A DNA stretch of 64,000 nt, from positions 390,612 through 454,611 of the forward strand of contig JBAYVA010000001.1 in NCBI GenBank assembly GCA_041674805.1, in the 5' to 3' direction. Origin of the DNA: Candidatus Magasanikiibacteriota bacterium (lineage in GTDB: Bacteria > Patescibacteriota > Patescibacteriia > Magasanikbacterales > UBA922). The notes under the pieces are model-generated. The model was given only the letters and a program-made list of their open reading frames with translations, was not told the DNA's origin and searched no databases. Both the position numbers and the translations under genes were made by a program. Below are positions 34,572 through 45,246 of the stretch, one piece after another (within the stretch, counting starts at the first letter, position 1; each line of letters starts with the position of its first letter).

Positions 34572-35876
34572 ATGGATACAAAACACCAAAAACTTATCAA
34601 AACTCGATTAAATAGACATATAAGAATTTTTATCATGTGTTCTTTGATTACTTCTTTTTTTATAATTTCACCATTACTAATAGCTTACGCTTCAGGCTAC
34701 AGATATGATTTTGAAAAACACAAAATAAAGCAAACCGGAATTTTAAATATTGATATTTTGCCAAGAGATGCCCAAATTTTTTTAAATAACAAATTAGTTG
34801 ATCAAAAAATACCTTTCAATACTTCCTTACATCCTGATACTTATTTACTAACTATCAAAAAAAATGGTTATAAAACTTGGGAAAAAAATATTAGTATCAA
34901 TAGTACCAAAACAACTTATGTAAATTATATACAGTTAGTCAAAGATGAAAAACCTCAAGATCTAAACATTAACAATGTAAGAAGTTTTTTAAGTAATATA
35001 GATAGCAAAAATGCTTTAATAATACAAGATGAAAATAATTTACAAAAAATTTCTACATTTAACTTTTTAGAAAAAAAAGTAGATCTAATAGAAAATGATG
35101 TAAATATCACAAATTACAGTATTTCACCATACCAAAATTTTGTTTACATTACCAAAGAAAAATCCGGGGAAAAACAATTAGAATTTTTTGATTTAGATAA
35201 ATTAAATAAAAATTTTATTATTGATTTGAATACTAGTACAGAAAATCATCATATACAATGGTTAGACAATGAAAACTATTTAGCAATTGTCAAAGATAAT
35301 AATCAACTCAAATTTATAAAAACTAATGGCGAAATAAAAATTTTAGAAAAAAACATTATAGCTACAGAAAATTGGTATTCTGACCATAAAAATAATATTT
35401 GGTTATATAATGAAAATATTTTATTTTTTGAAAAAGAAAATTATATAGTAAATTCTCAAATTACAGAAATAATTTATATAGATGAACATCTTGTTATCGG
35501 CAAAACTACTAATGAATTTTTTTTGATAGATAGAAAAACTCAAAAAATAGAAAATATCAAAGCTGAAAAATATTTTTTTGACCAAAAAAATCAACAATGG
35601 GTAGTTTATTCTGATTGGGAAATATTTACTATAAAAAAAGATGCTAATGTAAATTTGGAATATCGTAATGGTGAAAAAATAAAAAATCTTTTGCTAGCGG
35701 AAAATCACAATTATATTTTGAGTACTGAAAATAAAGTAACTATTTTAGACACAAATCGTTTGACCGAATTTGATATTTTAGATAATCCTCAAAATAATAT
35801 TTATTTAAATCAAAAACAAAGAGAACTGTTTTTTATCAGTTCTCCAAATAATAATTTATATTTACTAAATTTTTAA
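34572..35876 (+). CDS. membrane-anchored PEGA-domain protein
   Basis: N-terminal TM; PEGA-like ILNIDILPRDAQIFLNNKLVDQKIPFNTSLHPDTYLLTIKKNGYKTWEKNISI; the rest is beta-rich and unrecognised. Confidence 0.45.
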   Translation: MDTKHQKLIKTRLNRHIRIFIMCSLITSFFIISPLLIAYASGYRYDFEKHKIKQTGILNIDILPRDAQIFLNNKLVDQKIPFNTSLHPDTYLLTIKKNGYKTWEKNISINSTKTTYVNYIQLVKDEKPQDLNINNVRSFLSNIDSKNALIIQDENNLQKISTFNFLEKKVDLIENDVNITNYSISPYQNFVYITKEKSGEKQLEFFDLDKLNKNFIIDLNTSTENHHIQWLDNENYLAIVKDNNQLKFIKTNGEIKILEKNIIATENWYSDHKNNIWLYNENILFFEKENYIVNSQITEIIYIDEHLVIGKTTNEFFLIDRKTQKIENIKAEKYFFDQKNQQWVVYSDWEIFTIKKDANVNLEYRNGEKIKNLLLAENHNYILSTENKVTILDTNRLTEFDILDNPQNNIYLNQKQRELFFISSPNNNLYLLNF

Positions 35877-36958
35877 ATTTCTATAATTGTTTTATCACCT
35901 ATTATCATATTTCTACCCTCATGGGTAGATTTTTTTATCAACTTTACATTCTTGCCAATCAAACTATCACTTATAACCAAATCTACATCAATCAAAGTAT
36001 TTTCCAAAATAATAGAATCTTTTATGGTAGAATTTTTGATTTCACAACCTGAACCAATCGTAGTATTTGGTCCAATAGTACAATTAGATAAAACACAATT
36101 TTCACCAATAATTACAGGACCATTCAAGACTACTTTACTATCAACACGAGAACCTAACCCGATATGAACTTTGTCACTAATCTTCACACCACTTTCCAAA
36201 GTTCCATGATTAGGAAAATCTTTTTCTGGCATTTCTTCTAAAAGAAGACGATTGGCAATAAGCAAATCCTCTATTTTACCAGTATCTTTCCACCAACCAG
36301 TAATTTCTTTGTAACCAACATTTTTATTATTTTTTAGAAAATGAGAATGAATACTTGAAATTTCGTATTCTCCCCTATCACTCTTTTCAATTTTTTCAAA
36401 AGTTTCAAAAAATAGTTTTGGACCATACAAATAAATTCCCGTTACAGCAAAATTATTTTGTGGATTGGCTGGTTTTTCCAAGACATCAATGAGCTTATTG
36501 TTTTCATCAAAAATTGGCACACCAAATCTCTGTGGATCAGGCACTTCTGACAAAGCCAACATACAATCAAAATTACTGTTTTCAAACTCTTCAAACATTG
36601 GTTTTATACTACCCAAAATAATATTATCTGATAAATAAAACATGAAAGGATCATCCCCAATAAATTGTTTAGCTTCGTTTACCACATGCGCGATACCTTG
36701 AGGTCCACCTGTTTGTTCAAAAAATTTAATCTTAATACCCCAATGACCACCATCGCCAATATAATTTTCCAAATCTTTTTCACCAGGATTAGTATTGATA
36801 AAAATTTCTTCAATGCCTGCTTCTACTGCTTTTTCAATAGCATGAAAAATCATCGGCTTATTTGCCAAAGGTAATAAATGTTTGTTGATTGTCGTAGTGA
36901 TAGGATGCAGACGAGTTGCACGTCCCCCACCAGTTAGAATTGCTTTTTTAATCTTCAT
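35873..36958 (-). CDS. sugar-1-phosphate nucleotidyltransferase, long form with C-terminal left-handed beta-helix (RmlA-like glucose-1-phosphate thymidylyltransferase)
   Basis: AILTGGGRATRLHPITTTINKHLLPLANKPMIFHAIEK (nucleotide-binding G-x-G-T-R-L signature), then hexapeptide repeats in the last ~100 aa. Confidence 0.65.
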   Translation of the reverse strand: MKIKKAILTGGGRATRLHPITTTINKHLLPLANKPMIFHAIEKAVEAGIEEIFINTNPGEKDLENYIGDGGHWGIKIKFFEQTGGPQGIAHVVNEAKQFIGDDPFMFYLSDNIILGSIKPMFEEFENSNFDCMLALSEVPDPQRFGVPIFDENNKLIDVLEKPANPQNNFAVTGIYLYGPKLFFETFEKIEKSDRGEYEISSIHSHFLKNNKNVGYKEITGWWKDTGKIEDLLIANRLLLEEMPEKDFPNHGTLESGVKISDKVHIGLGSRVDSKVVLNGPVIIGENCVLSNCTIGPNTTIGSGCEIKNSTIKDSIILENTLIDVDLVISDSLIGKNVKLIKKSTHEGRNMIIGDKTIIEI

Positions 36959-37165
36959 ATAACACTGATTACATTGATTTTAAAAAATTACACTGAAATT
37001 AAATTGATAAACTTTTCTTTAAAATATTTACTTTTAATTAATAACTTTTTTATACTCTTATATATTATCATTGATATTTTTTTATCTACACCAATTATTT
37101 TTGTAATCAAATTATTCTTTTTAAACATAATCTGCGAAATCATCAAAAATCAGTGTAATCAGTGC

Positions 37166-38269
37166 CTACCACCATATAATCCCTTTCACAATCACATAAT
37201 AATATACTTTCATTACAGGATTAGCTAAATATTTTACTAATACATTATCTGTTGAGGAATCTTGAAATAAAATTTCTGAGGCACTATGACGCAATATTTC
37301 TCTATCACTCACTTTTCTATTTTTTTGAATTTGTTTTCTTTTGTTGAGCCAAATAGACCAATTTTTAAAATTCAACCAATATTTATATACTTTCCATCTT
37401 TCTTGTAAATAACCATTTCTAAAACTAAAATACCAAAGACCAAACTCAAGACCAATTGCAATAGGTGCCAACAAAATCAAAGTAGGTATTTTGAAATACA
37501 TGAGCATTACTGCATGACGATTTCTCTCCATCCAATAAAATTTCATAATACTACGAGAAAATTGATATTGATGATAAAAAATAGAATCTTTGACCATAAC
37601 TACTTTGAAACCTAAACTACGCATACGAAGTCCCCAATCCAAATCTTCATGATAAATATAAAAGTCACTATCCCATGCTCCATATTTTTTTATAAGTTCC
37701 GTACTTATCATGAAAGCAGCACCACTAGCATAATCCACTTCTTGTACTTTTTGCAAATTCACATCTTTGATATTTTTTCGATAGTCATTACAAAAACCAA
37801 AACCAAGATAATGAAAAGAATTACCAGTACTATTTATAAGTTCAGTTTCTGGATAAAGCAAAATTAAAGATTGAGCTATCGCAATATTTTTGTCACTCTC
37901 CAAAGTTTCTACCAAAGATTCAAGTGCATTAGTAGCAAAAAAACCATCATTGTTGTGGAAGAAAACATAATCAAAACCATTTTCTACTGCCCAATTAGCA
38001 CCTTGATTATTGCCAACAGCAAAACCTAAATTTTCTTTATTAACAATAATAGTAGTATGAGGAATTTCTGTACCAGACAAAGGCATTACGACATCATCTA
38101 AATAATGAACAAAATTTCCATCTTTTTCATGATTGTTAGCTACAATAACAAGCTCTATTTTATCTTTTGGATAAGTTATTTTTTTAAGTGAAGAAACCAA
38201 ATTATCAATGTAAGATTGATTGTGATAATACAAAAGATAAACGATGACAATTTTTGGATAATTTTGCAT
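37166..38269 (-). CDS. glycosyltransferase family 2
   Basis: GT-A fold: IVIVYLLYYHNQSY..., LVIVANNHEKDG, DYVFFHNNDG (DxD). Confidence 0.65.
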   Translation of the reverse strand: MQNYPKIVIVYLLYYHNQSYIDNLVSSLKKITYPKDKIELVIVANNHEKDGNFVHYLDDVVMPLSGTEIPHTTIIVNKENLGFAVGNNQGANWAVENGFDYVFFHNNDGFFATNALESLVETLESDKNIAIAQSLILLYPETELINSTGNSFHYLGFGFCNDYRKNIKDVNLQKVQEVDYASGAAFMISTELIKKYGAWDSDFYIYHEDLDWGLRMRSLGFKVVMVKDSIFYHQYQFSRSIMKFYWMERNRHAVMLMYFKIPTLILLAPIAIGLEFGLWYFSFRNGYLQERWKVYKYWLNFKNWSIWLNKRKQIQKNRKVSDREILRHSASEILFQDSSTDNVLVKYLANPVMKVYYYVIVKGIIWW

Positions 38270-38274
38270 ATTGA

Positions 38275-39123
38275 TTATTTATATTGAGAAGCATAATATT
38301 TATGATTGTGTCGCCACTTCCATAAATAAGTAAGCCAGCTTTTGGCATGAATACGAGCTAATTTATTTTTGAAAATTGCTTTGAACAATCCTGGTATTTT
38401 GGCAGACTCCCTAGTATGAACATGATTAATTATAATATCATGCACATAGTAAACTGGATAATTTTTTTCCCACATACGATGACACCAATCAGCGTCCTCC
38501 AAATACATAAAATATTTTTCATCAAAAAATCCAATATCATCAACGACTTCTTTGCGTACAATCATAGCAGCACCCAAAACCCAATCTACAGGACGAGTAT
38601 AATTGTGATCAAAGTCTTTCATTTCCAATTTGTCAGCATGCTTCTTCACCCACTTATATTTTTTATCAAAATTTATTTGTTTCAAAGGTTTGATAAGAAT
38701 AGATGCCAAATCAAAACGGTAGCAAGTATATTGCAAAGTATCATCCATATGCAAAAGCTTTGGACCAATACAAGCAATCTTAGAGTGGCTATCCATGAAT
38801 TCCACAATTCTTTCCACTGTCCGAGAATTTTCAGGAATCAAAGTATCCGGATTAAGTGCAAAATAATAACGTGCTTGCATATTTCTAAAACCCAAATTAT
38901 TTCCTTTACCAAAACCAACATTAAACAAAGCATCAACATAATTTACTTGTGGGAATTTGTTTACTAATTCTTCTTTTATATTATCTTCATTCTTAGAATT
39001 ATCAACTACTGTAACTTGCACATCATATTTACAATTTTGTATATCCAAAAACAAAGACTCAATTGCTCTTAAAATATCTTCCTTTCTAAAATAATTTAAA
39101 AATACAATATTTATATCTTTCAT
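38275..39123 (-). CDS. glycosyltransferase family 2
   Basis: VTVVDNSKNED, FALNPDT (DxD-like), LEDADWCHRM. Confidence 0.65.
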   Translation of the reverse strand: MKDINIVFLNYFRKEDILRAIESLFLDIQNCKYDVQVTVVDNSKNEDNIKEELVNKFPQVNYVDALFNVGFGKGNNLGFRNMQARYYFALNPDTLIPENSRTVERIVEFMDSHSKIACIGPKLLHMDDTLQYTCYRFDLASILIKPLKQINFDKKYKWVKKHADKLEMKDFDHNYTRPVDWVLGAAMIVRKEVVDDIGFFDEKYFMYLEDADWCHRMWEKNYPVYYVHDIIINHVHTRESAKIPGLFKAIFKNKLARIHAKSWLTYLWKWRHNHKYYASQYK

Positions 39124-39127
39124 AAAT

Positions 39128-40123
39128 TTATGTTAGTTCCCCTGCAATATTACTAGACATAATATTATTTATTTCTTCTATAGTGTGTGCTTGTGACAAA
39201 GCCCACATAAGCTTGGTAACAGCTGCTTCTGTAGTCATATCATGAGCTGAAATTGCCCCAGCTTCTTTGGCCTTCAGACCAGCTTCATAAGCTTCCAGAT
39301 GTGTCTTTCCTCTTTCCATCTGATTAGCTATTAAAACTATAATATTTTTTTCACGGGCTTTGATAATCCCAGGAATAATTGAAGTTTCCAAAAAAGGCAC
39401 ATTGCCAGGACCAAATCCTTCAATCACAATAGCGCGAATATCTAGAGAAAGTAAATTCTCCAAAATATCAGGATTAAAACCAGGAAATAATTTTATTACT
39501 ACAATACGTCTATCAAAATCTATTTTAGCGTTCAATTCACCACCATGTCTCTTACGACACCATTCATTAAGCACAATTGGTCTGCCAAGTTCTCCCAATT
39601 CAGGAAAATTTGGTGAATGAAAAGCAGCCACAAAAGATTCATGATGTTTTTTGGCTCTATTACCTCGCAATATCTGATTTGACAACACGATACAAACTTC
39701 AGCAATATCTAGTCCTGCTGTCATACAAGCATAAAGCAAATTATTACGCGCGTCAGATCCAATTTCGAGCAATGGAATAAGTGACCCAGTGAAAACAACA
39801 GGTTTCCCCAAATTTCCCAAAGCATAAGACAAAGCACTAGCAGAATAAGCCATAGTATCAGTTCCTTGAGCTACCACAAAACCATCATAATCATGATACT
39901 TTTCTAAGATACGCTTTGCAAGCTTGATCCAATGATCTGGTACCATATTTGAACTGTCGACATTTACCACCAATTCAAAATCAATATTAGCAATTTCACT
40001 CAGCTCTGGTACATTATTCAATACTTCAAGTGCTGACTTAGCTGGTTGCAAAGCCCCTGTTTCTGGATTACTCACCATACCAATAGTACCACCAGCAAAT
40101 AACAATAAAATCTTTGGTTTCAT
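39128..40123 (-). CDS. L-asparaginase (type I / GatD-like amidohydrolase)
   Basis: ILLLFAGGTIGM (asparaginase threonine signature), GFVVAQGTDTMAYSASALS, second domain present. Confidence 0.65.
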   Translation of the reverse strand: MKPKILLLFAGGTIGMVSNPETGALQPAKSALEVLNNVPELSEIANIDFELVVNVDSSNMVPDHWIKLAKRILEKYHDYDGFVVAQGTDTMAYSASALSYALGNLGKPVVFTGSLIPLLEIGSDARNNLLYACMTAGLDIAEVCIVLSNQILRGNRAKKHHESFVAAFHSPNFPELGELGRPIVLNEWCRKRHGGELNAKIDFDRRIVVIKLFPGFNPDILENLLSLDIRAIVIEGFGPGNVPFLETSIIPGIIKAREKNIIVLIANQMERGKTHLEAYEAGLKAKEAGAISAHDMTTEAAVTKLMWALSQAHTIEEINNIMSSNIAGELT

Positions 40124-40124
40124 A

Positions 40125-41204
40125 TTATTTCCACCACACTCTTAATTCTTTATAACTTACATTCCTCATTTGTGTTACTTCTTCTCTACGTTGTTTCAAC
40201 AGTTTTTTATTTTCCCAGATGACAGATAAGCCTTTTAATACCTTTCTGTCAAACACTAAAAAGTAAACAAACTTCTTTAATTCATACCATATTATAAACA
40301 AAAAATCAAGACTAAAATTCTTCCCATATTCATTTTTGTAAAGTGTCATTAGATGATTTTTGTAACTATGATACTTGACCCAAGCTGATTGTTTTTTCTT
40401 ATTTTCAGCAGAAGTCTTGTCCCCTAGTTTTTCTTGACCTCCAGCTGACCTGTCATGATAAGTAACAGCATCTAACAAAACAAAAGATTTGAAACCAAAC
40501 AAACGCAAACGCCAAGACAAATCTACATCTTCTTTGTAAGATTCATATAAGTTATCAAAGAAGTTACCATCTGAAAATTTTACCATATCAATAGCACTTT
40601 TTCGGTACATTGGCAAAGCACCAGACACACCAAAAACTTCGAGCGATTCATCGTGTGCACGAAATGACAATTCCATTTTGGCTTTCTTTTCATCCCAATC
40701 TTTGCCAACATATTTTTCGACAACACGTCTATTTTTCATTATTTTCAAACCTAATGAATCTACATAATTTGTTAAACTATCAGAAAAATCAATATCTATT
40801 TGATTAAAATTCCATTTCATCAGTCTTGGCGTAACAGATGCTACATCTTTATTTTCATTAAGAAATTTTACAAGTTTCTCCAAAACATCCGGCATCAAAT
40901 ACATATCCTGATTCAACAAAAGAAAATATTCACTCGTTCCTCGTTCCTCGTTCCCCATTCCCCTATAAAGTTCATTATGTCCGCCTGCAAAACCTATATT
41001 TTTTTTACTATCTAAATATTCATAAGGAAGATCAAAATTTTCTAATTCTTTTTTTATGAGTTCAGCAGTATCATCACTAGAAGCATTTTCCCAAACAAAA
41101 AGTTTCCAATCTTTGTAAGTTTGTTTTTTTAGAGAATCAAAAAGATAAGGAATGTATTTACTTCCGTTCCAAGAAACTAAATGAATTGATAATTTTTGTG
41201 ACAT
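40125..41204 (-). CDS. glycosyltransferase family 2
   Basis: LSIHLVSWNGSKYIPYLFDSLKKQTY..., LLLNQDMYL. Start moved to the internal Met (MSQKL...). Confidence 0.6.
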   Translation of the reverse strand: MSQKLSIHLVSWNGSKYIPYLFDSLKKQTYKDWKLFVWENASSDDTAELIKKELENFDLPYEYLDSKKNIGFAGGHNELYRGMGNEERGTSEYFLLLNQDMYLMPDVLEKLVKFLNENKDVASVTPRLMKWNFNQIDIDFSDSLTNYVDSLGLKIMKNRRVVEKYVGKDWDEKKAKMELSFRAHDESLEVFGVSGALPMYRKSAIDMVKFSDGNFFDNLYESYKEDVDLSWRLRLFGFKSFVLLDAVTYHDRSAGGQEKLGDKTSAENKKKQSAWVKYHSYKNHLMTLYKNEYGKNFSLDFLFIIWYELKKFVYFLVFDRKVLKGLSVIWENKKLLKQRREEVTQMRNVSYKELRVWWK

Positions 41205-41328
41205 AATATATATAAATAGACAATTTTTAAATATACAAATTCCAAACAAATTACAATATACAATACAAAATTTTGTAATTTATAATTTGTGTATTATTTG
41301 GAATTTGTATATTTAATATTGTTTATTT

Positions 41329-42177
41329 TTAACTTTTAAATTTATTAATAACATACACTAAAAAAATTCCTACTGGTCTTGCAATTGCAATCCACATCCA
41401 CTTATACCACGCTTCCCATTTCTGAAAATAAATTAGCATACTTCTCGTAAAATTCTTTTGCTTCCAAAGACTTTCTTGCTTTTTGAAACTTTGACCAACA
41501 TAGTCTACAGCCGTAATCACCGGACTATACATGACTTTTAATCCCATTTTTTTCACCTCACGACAAATATCTACATCTTCATACCAAATATAATATCTAG
41601 GGTCAAAGGCAAAGCCTAGTTTCTCTACCACTTCACGACGCATCAGCATAAAAGAACCCCGCACAGAGTCAACCTCTTGTTCTTTACTTCCATCAAAATC
41701 TTTCATCAAATATTTGTCCATCATTTTTGGAAAAACATGTGGTAATTTCAAAATAAGAGCTACTTGTTCCCATACTATTGGCAATCTGCGAGGCTTGGCG
41801 TCTTCATTTAATTTTTCATTTTCATCTACCAATCTTGGACTAACAATTCCCACGTCTTTTCTTTTTTCCAGCCAATCAACAATCACATCCAGACTTCCAT
41901 CTTCTACTTTCATATCAGGGTTCAAGAACAATAAATATTCACCAGTACTAATTTCAACACCTTGATTGTTGGCATGTGAAAAACCAGTATTTTCAGTATT
42001 AGCAATGACTTTTACATTTGGCAATAATTTGACAATTTCAACAGTTTTATCAGCTGAGGCATTGTCCACTATGATTTGTTCAAATTCTAGATTTTTACAA
42101 CCCGAAATCACTGACTTCATTTGTCTTTCTATTTGTTTTTCATTGTTCCAGGTAACTGTGATGATAGATAGTTTCAT
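41329..42177 (-). CDS. glycosyltransferase family 2
   Basis: LSIITVTWNNEKQI..., IIVDNASADKT, LFLNPDMKV. Start at the second ATG, which lies 9 nt after AGGATGA. Confidence 0.65.
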   Translation of the reverse strand: MKLSIITVTWNNEKQIERQMKSVISGCKNLEFEQIIVDNASADKTVEIVKLLPNVKVIANTENTGFSHANNQGVEISTGEYLLFLNPDMKVEDGSLDVIVDWLEKRKDVGIVSPRLVDENEKLNEDAKPRRLPIVWEQVALILKLPHVFPKMMDKYLMKDFDGSKEQEVDSVRGSFMLMRREVVEKLGFAFDPRYYIWYEDVDICREVKKMGLKVMYSPVITAVDYVGQSFKKQESLWKQKNFTRSMLIYFQKWEAWYKWMWIAIARPVGIFLVYVINKFKS

Positions 42178-42222
42178 AGGACAATTCATCCTGAGCCGAC
42201 GAAGTACGGCGTGAGGATCTTT
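42178..42222 (-). promoter_or_regulatory. GT2 5' leader: GATCC - GCCG/CGGC hairpin - CTCAGGATGA
   Basis: Minus strand: aaaGATCCtcacGCCGtacttcgtCGGCtcAGGATGAattgtcct ATG. Confidence 0.35.
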
Positions 42223-42318
42223 CTTAAGATAAAATCTCGTAATTAAAATACACAGACAATTATATAAAGTCTTTCTTATATTATCAATTCTAGCCTATTT
42301 TAAACTAAAAATCAAGCA

Positions 42319-42346
42319 CAAAAAAACAACTCTTTTTTGAGTTGTT
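42319..42346 (-). terminator. rho-independent terminator after the 42366-42770 gene
   Basis: Minus strand: AACAACTC-aaaaaa-GAGTTGTT followed by TTTTTGTG. Confidence 0.65.
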
Positions 42347-42365
42347 CTTTTCGAGAAGATGTTTA

Positions 42366-42770
42366 CTAATTTAATGATTCCAGTGCTATAATAGCACCTT
42401 CAAACCTACTTATTATAACATTTACACGCTCCTCATACCAAGCACGCAAGTTCATGTGTTTAAATTCAATATCTTTTTTCAATCTTTCCTGACGAAGAGT
42501 GCTTAATTTCTCTTCTAAAAAACCAATCTTAGCTTTAATATCCAAAACAGTATAATTTTCTACTTTCAAAAACTTTTTCAAATCATATCTAGTTTCTAAA
42601 TCCATTATATACTCACGTATTTCTTTTTCTTTTGCGTCGTAATCATGTCTTTCACGAGTATCCATTTTATTTTTCCTTCTTACAACAACATCATATTCAT
42701 CCAAAACTTTTTTATCAGGGCCTTCTTTTTCTCTTTGACTAACATCAATTAACGGTTTTTCTACTGACAT
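42366..42770 (-). CDS. hypothetical coiled-coil protein
   Basis: 134 aa, charged and helical; has its own terminator. Confidence 0.4.
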   Translation of the reverse strand: MSVEKPLIDVSQREKEGPDKKVLDEYDVVVRRKNKMDTRERHDYDAKEKEIREYIMDLETRYDLKKFLKVENYTVLDIKAKIGFLEEKLSTLRQERLKKDIEFKHMNLRAWYEERVNVIISRFEGAIIALESLN

Positions 42771-42787
42771 ATAGAATTATTTAAAAT

Positions 42788-43936
42788 TTATAAACTTAAA
42801 TTATTAACCACTTCCACAATTTGTTTCTTAATTTCCTCAAATTCTTTTTTATCACTCAATCCTAATCTTACTTTAGTATAACCAAAAAACAATTTGTGAA
42901 GTAGTTTAGTTTTTTCTTTTGCAAGTCTTGCTAATTCACCCAAAACATCAATATCACCATATTCAGATAAAATATTTTCTATTGTCTTACTATGATCAAC
43001 GCCATTTTTGTTTGCCATAGCTGAGGCTGATGACATAATGAAATCAAACAAATCACGTGCCTTCTGTTCCAAAAGTGGAACATCTTTTTTATATTGTGTT
43101 TCGGGATCACAAATGTGTACTTGCTTTTCTTTATCAACAATAATATTTGGTAAAATCAATTCACCCCAAGTAACAGGTGGATCAGCTTCGTGCATTCTCT
43201 TTACTTCTCTTGTTATTTTTTTCAAAATATCAAGTAAACCATTTTCATCAATATCTTTAGCATATTCACATTCACCAAAATCTGCAATTTCTTCCCTATT
43301 AGCAAAAAGATCATAAGCATTAACATTTGGTATAAATGGTAAAACCACAACATTTGGTTCAACAATATCCAATACAGGTATTCTACTACGTTCTTCAAAA
43401 ATATCTTTCCAATCTCTTGATTTACATTTTGCCATTCTCGTACCTGTCATTCTTTTCATGAAACTATCTAAACCACGATGAATAAAAGAAGTACTATAAT
43501 TATTTATAACAAAATATTTACTACCATCAGCTAATTCTACTATCTTAGTACGTGTACTAAAATTGGCAACTTTTGAATCGTACTCTGTAGCTGTTTTATT
43601 ACCTCTTATAAGGGCAGGAGCAACAAAACCAACTTCCAACTTGAAAGCAGAAACAACTTCTTCTAATTCCAGTCTCTGTTCTGGAGGTAAAATTATTTTA
43701 CCATTTTTTATAGTATAACCTTGTCTGTTATTTTGATCAGCATTAGCTTTTTCTATTTCATCTTTTGTATTTTTTATTTGTTGTTGTCTTCTTTCAGAAG
43801 CTTCTGGTGTTTCAATTCTATGTTCAACTTCTGGTGCAACAATTTCATCACCAGTAGTTTCTAGTTTTGATCTTTCTGTATCAGGCATTTTAAATTCTTG
43901 ACCTTCTGGTCCTTTCCCTTTTTTTATTTCAGCCAT
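42788..43936 (-). CDS. hypothetical protein with possible protein-kinase-like (PKL) fold
   Basis: Acidic low-complexity N-terminus; ...VTWGELILPNIIVDKEKQVHICDPE loosely resembles the HGD...N / DFx loops of small atypical kinases. Confidence 0.3.
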   Translation of the reverse strand: MAEIKKGKGPEGQEFKMPDTERSKLETTGDEIVAPEVEHRIETPEASERRQQQIKNTKDEIEKANADQNNRQGYTIKNGKIILPPEQRLELEEVVSAFKLEVGFVAPALIRGNKTATEYDSKVANFSTRTKIVELADGSKYFVINNYSTSFIHRGLDSFMKRMTGTRMAKCKSRDWKDIFEERSRIPVLDIVEPNVVVLPFIPNVNAYDLFANREEIADFGECEYAKDIDENGLLDILKKITREVKRMHEADPPVTWGELILPNIIVDKEKQVHICDPETQYKKDVPLLEQKARDLFDFIMSSASAMANKNGVDHSKTIENILSEYGDIDVLGELARLAKEKTKLLHKLFFGYTKVRLGLSDKKEFEEIKKQIVEVVNNLSL

Positions 43937-43945
43937 ATTTTAAAA

Positions 43946-44806
43946 TTATTTACTATTTTTCAAATAATCCCCTAAAGCTTCCTGCCAACTATGCAATTTT
44001 TTAAATTTGTTATTATTCAAGACTGAAAAAGCAGGGCGTTTCGCAGGACGAGGGAAAGCATTAGACATTACTTTATTCAAAATTATTTTTTTATTACTCA
44101 ACTTAAATATTTCACTTGCAAATTCATACCAAGTACAAGCACCATCGTTAATAATATGATAAGTACCAAAGTTCTGTTTACTTTCCAATATTTCTTTTGT
44201 TGAAACAGCTAAATCAAAAGCATAAGTTGGAGCACTTACTTCTTCATCTACAACATCTAGTTTTTTCTTACCCACTTCGTTTACTAGCCAGAGCATAGTA
44301 TCAACAAAACTTTTTTTACTTCCTTCTCCACTACCAGGCAAACCAAAAATTCGTGAAGTACGAATGATAAAATATTTATCACAATTTTTTCGGACATTTT
44401 CTTCTCCAGCTAATTTTGTCTCGCCATATTTACTTATAGGTTCTGCCACAGAATCTTCATCATATCCATTTTTATTTTCACCAGAAAAAATATAATCAGT
44501 TGAGTATTGAACTAAAATAATATTTAATTCTTTCGCAATCTCAGCTAATATTTTTGGAGCTTCAGTATTTATTTTTTGTGCTATTTTATAATCACTCTCT
44601 GATTCTTCTATTTTGTCTACAGCATTATAAGCGGCAGCGTTAATTATTATATCTGGTTGTAAATTTTTTATCACTTCAAAACTTTTGATTCTGTCCGTAA
44701 TGTCCAAATCTTCTTTATCAAAAGCCAAGACTTCATGTTCAGAAGCTAAAACTTTTTGTAAATAATTTCCCAACATTCCTTTGCTACCAGTTATCAGAAT
44801 CTTCAT
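43946..44806 (-). CDS. rmlD: dTDP-4-dehydrorhamnose reductase RmlD
   Basis: MKILITGSKGMLG (Rossmann); YSTDYIF; 286 aa. Confidence 0.8.
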   Translation of the reverse strand: MKILITGSKGMLGNYLQKVLASEHEVLAFDKEDLDITDRIKSFEVIKNLQPDIIINAAAYNAVDKIEESESDYKIAQKINTEAPKILAEIAKELNIILVQYSTDYIFSGENKNGYDEDSVAEPISKYGETKLAGEENVRKNCDKYFIIRTSRIFGLPGSGEGSKKSFVDTMLWLVNEVGKKKLDVVDEEVSAPTYAFDLAVSTKEILESKQNFGTYHIINDGACTWYEFASEIFKLSNKKIILNKVMSNAFPRPAKRPAFSVLNNNKFKKLHSWQEALGDYLKNSK

Positions 44807-44809
44807 AAT

Positions 44810-45226
44810 TTAAGAAGCTAATTTTTCATCTCTAATTTTTAAATATTCATCGTAATCTTCGATATAGTCTTTTCTTTCAGGATTATAATTTGTAGATGAT
44901 AAAGCAAGGAGTACTGCGTCATTAGAAAAATCTTTGAAATGATGCCAAACATAATTGGCAATATACAAAGCAGAAGTAGGTGCTTCCATTTTTATTTCTT
45001 CAATACCTTGACCTCTATCTACCACAGCCGTACAAGTACCAACCACAAGAATAAAAAATTCTTTTTCTTCCATATGACAGTGCGCACCTGTTGGACCTTC
45101 TGGTTTTGTAATATAATAAACTCTTTTTACTTCAAAGTCTACATAATCTTTTAGCTCAATAGGACTCATAGTGAATTTACCAGGTACTACTATTTTTTTG
45201 ATTGCTAATTCACGAAAATGTTCCAT
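44810..45226 (-). CDS. cupin-fold dTDP-sugar 3,4-ketoisomerase-like (FdtA/WxcM C-terminal-domain family)
   Basis: 138 aa; VKRVYYITKPEGPTGAHCHMEEKEFFILVVGTCT; sits between rmlD and rmlB where rmlC would be expected. Confidence 0.5.
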   Translation of the reverse strand: MEHFRELAIKKIVVPGKFTMSPIELKDYVDFEVKRVYYITKPEGPTGAHCHMEEKEFFILVVGTCTAVVDRGQGIEEIKMEAPTSALYIANYVWHHFKDFSNDAVLLALSSTNYNPERKDYIEDYDEYLKIRDEKLAS

Positions 45227-45246
45227 ATTCTTCTATAATTTAAAAT